NCBI GenBank assembly: GCA_041690595.1
Contig: JAWLHB010000017.1
Span: 124,001-151,471, forward strand
DNA length: 27,471 nucleotides
Direction: 5' to 3'
DNA from: Lentisphaeria bacterium
GTDB lineage: Bacteria > Verrucomicrobiota > Lentisphaeria > JABSQK01 > JAWLHB01
Part shown: positions 17,239-23,281 of the stretch, in pieces
How positions within the stretch are numbered: position 1 is the stretch's first letter
Layout of the letters: each line of letters opens with the position of its first letter
Notes under the pieces: model-generated
What the model saw: the letters and a program-made list of their open reading frames with translations, nothing else
Told to the model about the DNA's origin: nothing
The model's database searches: none
Position numbers and translations under genes: made by a program

Positions 17239-17580
17239 ATGAAGAAGATCGCTATTCCACTTGCCAACGGACAACTCTGCATGCACTTCGGCCATTGTCA
17301 ACAGTTTGCTTTGGTCGAAGCGGATGCCAAAACCGGGACCATTATCAATCGCCAGGACCTCATACCGCCACCGCACGAGCCCGGTGTGCTGCCTGCCTGG
17401 CTGGCGGAGCAGAAGGTCGAACTTGTCATCGCCGGCGGCATGGGCGGCAGGGCTCGGCAGCTCTTTGAAAGCGCCGGCATCGAGGTGGTTGTCGGTGCAA
17501 CCAGTGGTACACCCGAGGAGCTGGTGGCAGCCTATCTGGCAGGTGGCCTTGTCTGCGGCCAGAATGTTTGCGACCACTGA
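17239..17580 (+). CDS. NifB/NifX-family protein (HFGHC / C-terminal CDH type)
   Basis: GAGGGGG RBS before ATG 17239. Motifs KIAIP..G.LCMHFGHC, PPPHEPGVLP.WL, IAGGMG.RA and terminal NVCDH. Confidence 0.9.
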   Translation: MKKIAIPLANGQLCMHFGHCQQFALVEADAKTGTIINRQDLIPPPHEPGVLPAWLAEQKVELVIAGGMGGRARQLFESAGIEVVVGATSGTPEELVAAYLAGGLVCGQNVCDH

Positions 17581-17593
17581 TTGTGATTGATCA

Positions 17594-18451
17594 ATGACTG
17601 ATTCCTTACGCATATCGATTTTATCCGACGACAAGGCACTTCCCGGTTTCACGCCTGAACATGGATTCGCGGTTCTGGTCGAGCGGCAGGGAAGGAGTGT
17701 CCTCTTCGATACTGGTGCCAGTCCACTGCTCATGCAGCATGTGCGGCGACTGGGCCTTGATCTCTCGAATCTGGACGCTGTCGTTCTTTCACATGGACAT
17801 CAGGATCATACCGGCGGCCTCGATGCGGTGATACCGAAAATCGGGGCCGCCGTACCGATCGTGGGACTCTGTGGCGCGGAGCGGGCCCGTTACCACGGTC
17901 GCCGCGAAATCGGTTTCCGCGGTGGCAGCGAGGCGTATCGGCGTCTGGTTCTCATCCGTGAACCCCGCCAGGTCGCAAGGGGTATCTGGGCCACCGGCCC
18001 CATTCGGCGCCGCTATACGATCGAGAAGACCAACGGTCAGTACTCGCTCGATCCCAATGGAAGAACCCCCGACCACCTGGATGACGAGCAGGCCCTCCTG
18101 ATCGAGACGGATGGCGATCCGATCGTCATCCTCGGCTGTGCCCACAGCGGTCTCATCAATACGCTGGATTCCGTGGCAGCCTGGCGAAAGTGCCACACCT
18201 TCACCGCGGTACTCGGCGGCATGCACATCAACGGTCATGATGCCGAGCGTCTCGACTGGACTGCCGGTGCCCTTCGTCAATACCGTATCGCGCATCTGGG
18301 GCCCTGTCATTGCACGGGAGATGCCGCTGCCAATCGTCTTCGGCAGTTATCCATGCATTCGCCGCTTGACTGCCGCTGCGGTTCTCAACTTCGCTGGGAG
18401 CGACCTTCTTTTGCCCGGGCCAACGATGGTATTTTGTGCGCCGGCCGCTAA
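17594..18451 (+). CDS. Metallo-beta-lactamase-fold hydrolase (DHPS-like/MJ0448-type subgroup)
   Basis: Motifs EHGF, LFDTG, SHGHQDHTGG (HxHxDH), DEQAL, GCAHSG, GGMH and CHCTG. Confidence 0.9.
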   Translation: MTDSLRISILSDDKALPGFTPEHGFAVLVERQGRSVLFDTGASPLLMQHVRRLGLDLSNLDAVVLSHGHQDHTGGLDAVIPKIGAAVPIVGLCGAERARYHGRREIGFRGGSEAYRRLVLIREPRQVARGIWATGPIRRRYTIEKTNGQYSLDPNGRTPDHLDDEQALLIETDGDPIVILGCAHSGLINTLDSVAAWRKCHTFTAVLGGMHINGHDAERLDWTAGALRQYRIAHLGPCHCTGDAAANRLRQLSMHSPLDCRCGSQLRWERPSFARANDGILCAGR

Positions 18452-18496
18452 TGTTGCCAAGTTCTTCAACATGAGCGATACCACGGAGGATGTTGC

Positions 18497-19300
18497 ATGG
18501 TCGAAGTGCCCGCCTGGATCTACCGTGAATATGACGCGGACTATACGCGCGAGGTGCCCGGCGAAGGCTATGTAGGCTGGCTCAAGACGATGGTGCCGAT
18601 CAACCTCAAACGCACCGGCCTGGTCGTCATGCACGCCTGGGACTGCGGAACGATTGAGGAGTATCCCGGCTGGTATCGGGCCGTCGAGTACATACCACGA
18701 GCCAACGAGATCGTGCGCACTGTCTTTCCGCCCTTGCTGACCGGGGTGCGCGACGCGGGAATACCCGTTCTGCATGTTGTTGGCGGCGATTCTTACGTGC
18801 GTGACCTGCCGGCCTATCAACGCACTGTCGCCCTCGCTGGACCCGAGCCGCCTCGCCATTCTGCCCCGGAGCCGGATGCCAGCACCCTCGAAATCGACCG
18901 CATCCGCAATCAGGTTGGCGGCAGCGGTCTGCACAACCTGCCAGACATCCAGGCCGGCTTTGCGCGCGTCACTTTCCCCGAAGGCGCCTTTCCACTTCCT
19001 GATGAGTGGATTGCCAAAGACGAGCATCAGCTTGCCGCCTGCTGCCGCCACTTGGGGCTCAACCATCTGATCTACGTTGGTTTTGCCATCAACTGGTGCC
19101 TCGTCATGTCGCGCGGCAGCATGCTCGACATGCATCGGCAGGGCTATCTCTGCTCGACCATCCGCGAGGCCACCACCGCTGTGGAGAATCACGAATCCGC
19201 CCGCACGGAAGCAAACAAGCGCGAAGGGCTCTGGCGCGTCGCCCTCGGCTTTGGCCTCGTCTTCGATCTTCCCGACCTGTTGGCCGCCCTGAAAGGATAG
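18497..19300 (+). CDS. Isochorismatase/cysteine-hydrolase family protein (divergent)
   Basis: GGAGG RBS. Segments RTGLVVMHAWD, RDAGIPVLHV, PDEWIAK, LIYVGFAINWCL (nucleophile Cys position) and IREATTAVE. Confidence 0.7.
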   Translation: MVEVPAWIYREYDADYTREVPGEGYVGWLKTMVPINLKRTGLVVMHAWDCGTIEEYPGWYRAVEYIPRANEIVRTVFPPLLTGVRDAGIPVLHVVGGDSYVRDLPAYQRTVALAGPEPPRHSAPEPDASTLEIDRIRNQVGGSGLHNLPDIQAGFARVTFPEGAFPLPDEWIAKDEHQLAACCRHLGLNHLIYVGFAINWCLVMSRGSMLDMHRQGYLCSTIREATTAVENHESARTEANKREGLWRVALGFGLVFDLPDLLAALKG

Positions 19301-19405
19301 AGGAAGCAAGCGGTGATTTGCCAAACTCCGAGAGATTCCCGCATCATCAAAACATATATGTCGCGGTAACCAACTCGAGTAAGCGGAGCTTGGCGAGGCC
19401 GTAGC

Positions 19406-19654
19406 TCAGAGCCGCTTCTTTGCGAAGGCGCGGCCTGAAGGTGACTTGAGGTAGCGTTCGAATTGGAGTGCTTTCTGGTAGTCGGAACAGGCAACAGCTG
19501 TTTTGATGCACCAAGGGCGGTGAGGACGCGTATGGTCGCAACAGCCGTTATTGTGAGCCTGCAAATCCTCTGAGAGGCCCACATAATGACGATCGGGATG
19601 ATCGACGCTTTGGAGGATATATACGTAAGAAAAGGAGGGGATGGTTTTATCCAC
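19406..19654 (-). pseudogene. Small GIY-YIG nuclease-family gene, apparently lacking the conserved Arg segment (degenerate or inactive)
   Basis: YVYILQS...HYVG (GIY/YIG motifs), HNNG...HT...RPW and A..FERYLKS.SGRAFAKKRL. The usual D-L-x-x-R-L-x-x-H-N helix reads only EDLQAHN. There is no ATG; the only nearby in-frame start is GTG at 19654 with a weak RBS. Confidence 0.7.
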
Positions 19655-19718
19655 GCTACTTCTTTCGACCGCGTGCCAATTTGGAGGCAACGCATGGTTC
19701 GATCTGCAACTTACCCGC

Positions 19719-19763
19719 CTTCGCCCTCTGGGCTTCGTGGCGGCAGCCTTCTGAAGAAGGCTG
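19719..19763. repeat. REP-like palindromic elements abutting the tRNA 3' end
   Basis: CTTCGCCC-tct-GGGCTTCG (19719-19737) and CAGCCTTC-tgaa-GAAGGCTG (19744-19763); the latter overlaps the CA of the tRNA CCA end. Confidence 0.55.
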
Positions 19764-19839
19764 GGGTGAGTAACCGGACTTGAACCGGCGGCCTCCTGGG
19801 CCACAACCAGGCGCTCTAACCAACTGAGCTATACCCACC
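19762..19839 (-). tRNA. tRNA-His (anticodon GUG), with encoded G-1, C73 discriminator and CCA
   Basis: Minus strand G-GTGGGTA-TA-GCTC-AGTTGGTTA-GAGC-G-CCTGG-TTGTGGC-CCAGG-AGGCC-GCCGG-TTCAAGT-CCGGT-TACTCAC-C-CCA folds into a full cloverleaf. Confidence 0.98.
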
Positions 19840-19862
19840 ACATCTTCCGTTTGCAAGGGTAT

Positions 19863-19890
19863 ACTGTATAGGCTGCGGCGCGACTGTCAA
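19863..19890 (-). promoter_or_regulatory. sigma-70 promoter for tRNA-His
   Basis: Minus strand TTGACA (19890-19885) - 16 nt - TACAGT (19868-19863). Confidence 0.6.
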
Positions 19891-20061
19891 TAAGAGCCGC
19901 GTATTTTTTCCACGTCTCAGTATTGGTCTATCCACCTGATTTGCAGCCGCCCCTGGCGGGCAGGAACCAGTAGAGCCCTGCCTTGTTGAAGCGACAAGGT
20001 GCAGACTATCCGGGATGGATGGAGTTCAGCCTGAACTTGAGCTGGAAATATCAGTCCCTGC

Positions 20062-20090
20062 TTGCAGTTGGCTTCTGAAGTTGCTATCTT
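20062..20090 (+). promoter_or_regulatory. Possible extended -10 sigma-70 promoter for the prepilin-type gene
   Basis: TTGCAG - 17 nt - TATCTT, with TGn immediately before the -10. Confidence 0.45.
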
Positions 20091-20150
20091 TATTTTATGA
20101 CCATATATGAACTGAACACATCGGAACCAATCCAGTGGCAGGAGCTGAAA

Positions 20151-20954
20151 ATGAAATACCGTTCAGTCAAACGCGAATGTCGCCACCGCGAATTCACACT
20201 GATAGAGATGCTCGTCGTCGTGACCATCATCGCCATTCTGGCTTCACTGCTCTTACCTGGGCTGGCCAAGGCCAAAGCCAAGGCGATGGCGACTCAGTGT
20301 TCCAGCAATCTGCGCAACCTTTATCTTGCCAATGAGCAATATGCGGATGGCTTCGACGGCTGGTACGCCAAGGCGAATCATACCAGCGCCGCCGTTCACT
20401 TCATCGATACTCAACACAAGAACCAGTACGTCGATTATTTTCCGCTGGATATTCAGCTCTGTCCCACCAGCCAGTACCTGCATGCCGATCTGCCGCAGTA
20501 TGGACCGGGCGGGCGGATCTGGGGTGGCTTCAACAGCACCTACCGCATGTATGCGGCCCGCGGCAGCTTACATCCGCACAGTGCGAAGTACCTGTTCTGG
20601 GGCTTCTATACGCTCGGCGGCGGTTATCCGACGACGAAGGCGGGGCCTAACCACGTCGCCTGCCCACGGCGCAATTTTGCCGGTTCCTTCCAGGCTGATC
20701 CAGCCGACGCAACCCCGTCACTCTTCTGGATTGACGATCCAGACGAGCAACCGGCCATGATGGACGGTCGCCACAGCGTGAACGAGAAGTACATCATCTA
20801 TTCGGCTTCCCGCTTCGTTGCCAACAACCACAACACGCTGGATGGCATGAATGTCGGCTTTCTGGACGGCCATGTTCAATGGGCGCTGCAGCGTGCCGGT
20901 GCCGGGCGCCCCCAGATGACGGTCGGCTACTGGGACGGCTGGATGTACTGGTAA
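20151..20954 (+). CDS. Prepilin-type N-terminal cleavage/methylation domain protein with C-terminal H-X-DG motif (DUF1559-like, PVC-type pseudopilin)
   Basis: Motifs FTLIEMLVVVTIIAILASLLLPGLAKAK, C.SNLRNL, LCPT and H.....MNVGFLDGHV. AGGAG precedes ATG 20151; an alternative start is at 20097. Confidence 0.9.
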   Translation: MKYRSVKRECRHREFTLIEMLVVVTIIAILASLLLPGLAKAKAKAMATQCSSNLRNLYLANEQYADGFDGWYAKANHTSAAVHFIDTQHKNQYVDYFPLDIQLCPTSQYLHADLPQYGPGGRIWGGFNSTYRMYAARGSLHPHSAKYLFWGFYTLGGGYPTTKAGPNHVACPRRNFAGSFQADPADATPSLFWIDDPDEQPAMMDGRHSVNEKYIIYSASRFVANNHNTLDGMNVGFLDGHVQWALQRAGAGRPQMTVGYWDGWMYW

Positions 20955-20964
20955 TCCCGCGCCC

Positions 20965-23205
20965 TCACTCTGCGGCTGGCTGCCCCTGATAGCGACGGAT
21001 CGTATTGACCGAGTCGTGGAGGAGTTCGCTTAGTCGAGGCGGAAGAGCGTCGGTTGCCTCGGCGAGCCCGATATCGACGCCGGTGAGTTGCCAGACCGTG
21101 GCCCGCAGCCGCTCCGCCTGCTCTACCAGCAGAGCCTTGTCGCCAGCTTCGCGGGCACGTCGGCGTTCAGGCAGCCAGGTGTGTTCGAGAAAAGCGCGAA
21201 GATTGGTGGCGATCACTCGGCATTGATCGACCGGCGGCGGTGTCTCGTCCGCCACGGAGACGATGAAGGCATTGCGGATGAAGGCCTTCAGGGTCTGTTG
21301 CAGTTCCTCCACGGCACGCGGCTGGCTGACGCGCAGATGGTTGATCGCGTCGTTGAGCAAGGTAATGGTCCGGCCGTGAAAGTCAGGGCTGTAGAAGCTT
21401 TCTGGAAAGTAGCCGCCGTCGACCGATAGTCCGGCGAAGGCAGGCGAAGAGACCCGATCATAGATGAGATCGAACGCCTGACGCACCAGCGGCGCGGCAT
21501 CGCCGTAGGAAGACGTCATGTGAAGATCGATCAGCTCATCCAGTGGCAGCTCAGGTTCCCAGAGCAGGCGCGTCATGACGTAGACGTAAGTGCTCTCGAA
21601 GAGAGTGTTGCGTCCATACAACCAGAGGTCGCGTATTCCTTGCGCGTGGCACCACGCGATGCGGCTGGCAGTCGCCATGAATCCATAGCGATCGCCGAAA
21701 GCATAGTCGGCAACGCCGATCTGGCCAGGATAGAGCGCCAGCCATTGCAGCAGGTGCTCGCGCGCGGGTTGGTTGGCAGGCGTTTCGAAGCCGCCCGCTG
21801 CATCGGGTGCGCTGCCGGGATCCGGCCAGGCAGCATAGAGGATGATCAGGTTTGGTGCAAGGCGTTTTGGAGGCTGCTCCGGCGGCAGGTGCGAGCCGCG
21901 GTAGGCGAAGGTGACGACCCGGTTCCTGGGAAACTTGCGGGCAACGGCGCCAGCCAGCACGTTCGCCCAGTGCAGCAGTTGATCGGCCTTGTTGCCCAGC
22001 TTCGCACATCCCGAGCATTCACACCACGCATCGCTGTCACCCTGGGAGATGACGAAGTAGCGGCACTCCGGCTGGGCCTGCATCCATGCCATGAGTCGCT
22101 TGGCGGCGGTCCGCTGCGCCTCCCGGTTCGAAAGGCAGAGCATCACCTGCTTGCTGGGCAAGCCTTCCGTCTGGCGCGAGTCGCCGCGCAGGGCGTAGAA
22201 TTCCGGGTGCTCCGCGGCATAGGCGGCAGGAGGCACGAGGAAAGCAGCTGTGTGGTCGAGCCAGAGAGTCGAATCGTAGAAGGTCTCTTCACCAAGCGAT
22301 CGGGCTCCCACGCGAGGATCGCCCACGACGGCATCATCCCACCCGAGGAAGCGCGGATCGGCCGGCAGTCGACGCAGCCGAAAAGCCGGTCCGACAACGT
22401 CTTTGCCGGCATGAAGCGGGCCGCTCAGATCACGCGGAATCCGGCGCCCATGGCCTGAGCAGAAGTCGGCGCCATGCCGGCGAAGCCAGGCGTACGCGCC
22501 ATTGGCGCTAGCCATCGGCGAACCACCGGCGATGATGACCCGTCGCTCATCGCCTTGCAGCAGGAAAGAGTCCGGCGCAAGCCCATGCAGGAGCTTGGCG
22601 TTCAGACCCGCCGCCAGGGCGCTGTTGCGCCCGATCAGAATCGTGTTGGCATGGCTGGCAGCCAGCGGAGTGCGCGATGGGTTGATCGGCAGATCGTGAC
22701 CGTACATGATGCGCAAGGCGGAAGCCAGATCGTTGGCTGCTCGCCGTACCTCGTGATCCTGATCGGCGAAAATCGCGCGAATGGGCCAGGCAAGCCCGAT
22801 CGGGTGATCCGGCGATGGCGGACGATAGATTGTGACAGCTTCCAGATCCAGTGGTTGATCATGCGGCTGCGTGCGATGCCCCAGCAGGTGCAGGGGAGCG
22901 CTCGCGTTCAAGCGCAGATGTCCGGCGGGCAACTCTCGGGTCGGCAGGACAAGCGCCACTTCCCCTTGCGAAAGCTCCTGAACCACCTGCACGCCATCAA
23001 GGCTGGTGGTGATCAGCAGCTCAGTCGGCACGTAGAGGTGCACAACAAACAGATCCGCCGGCAGAGGCTGCCGCAGCGAAATACGATGCTCGACGGCGGG
23101 AGGGTCAACAGGAAGCAGCGTACCGTCTACGGCGCGAATCTCCGCCGCGGTCGGCACAAGGGATAGAAGTGAGAGAAGGAGCAGAATGACTCTGAAGACT
23201 TGCAT
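20965..23205 (-). CDS. Exported DUF4838-like protein (putative glycoside-hydrolase-like TIM barrel with GH20/GH67-type N-terminal domain)
   Basis: Signal peptide MQVFRVILLLLSLLSLVPTAA. Motifs DSFLLQG...IIAGG....ANGAY.WL, HT...LVPP..Y..EHPEFYAL, LCLSN, D...WCEC..C, FAY.....PP and LLWEP. Confidence 0.78.
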   Translation of the reverse strand: MQVFRVILLLLSLLSLVPTAAEIRAVDGTLLPVDPPAVEHRISLRQPLPADLFVVHLYVPTELLITTSLDGVQVVQELSQGEVALVLPTRELPAGHLRLNASAPLHLLGHRTQPHDQPLDLEAVTIYRPPSPDHPIGLAWPIRAIFADQDHEVRRAANDLASALRIMYGHDLPINPSRTPLAASHANTILIGRNSALAAGLNAKLLHGLAPDSFLLQGDERRVIIAGGSPMASANGAYAWLRRHGADFCSGHGRRIPRDLSGPLHAGKDVVGPAFRLRRLPADPRFLGWDDAVVGDPRVGARSLGEETFYDSTLWLDHTAAFLVPPAAYAAEHPEFYALRGDSRQTEGLPSKQVMLCLSNREAQRTAAKRLMAWMQAQPECRYFVISQGDSDAWCECSGCAKLGNKADQLLHWANVLAGAVARKFPRNRVVTFAYRGSHLPPEQPPKRLAPNLIILYAAWPDPGSAPDAAGGFETPANQPAREHLLQWLALYPGQIGVADYAFGDRYGFMATASRIAWCHAQGIRDLWLYGRNTLFESTYVYVMTRLLWEPELPLDELIDLHMTSSYGDAAPLVRQAFDLIYDRVSSPAFAGLSVDGGYFPESFYSPDFHGRTITLLNDAINHLRVSQPRAVEELQQTLKAFIRNAFIVSVADETPPPVDQCRVIATNLRAFLEHTWLPERRRAREAGDKALLVEQAERLRATVWQLTGVDIGLAEATDALPPRLSELLHDSVNTIRRYQGQPAAE

Positions 23206-23281
23206 GCAGGGAGACTATAACGCCGCGTCGCCCCTTCGTCACGTTGTCTTTCTCTTCAATTTCACGGATCGAGCCCTGCAC

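Noticed and set aside
16282..17580. Nitrogen fixation cluster suggested by the NifB/NifX domains
   Set aside because: There are no nifHDK/ENB genes and no radical-SAM domain. These small proteins are widespread in non-diazotrophic anaerobes.
19762..19839. tRNA-His as the attachment site of an integrated island or prophage
   Set aside because: No integrase is present, and I found no duplicate of the tRNA 3' end in the window by eye.
19655..19856. ORF-track frames running through the tRNA (19406-19804 extension, 19656-19856)
   Set aside because: They translate the tRNA and palindromic DNA. Only the GIY-YIG portion below about 19654 is protein-like.
20068..20085. TTGGC...TTGCT as a second sigma-54 promoter
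   Set aside because: The GG-to-GC spacing is 11 nt rather than the strictly required 10.
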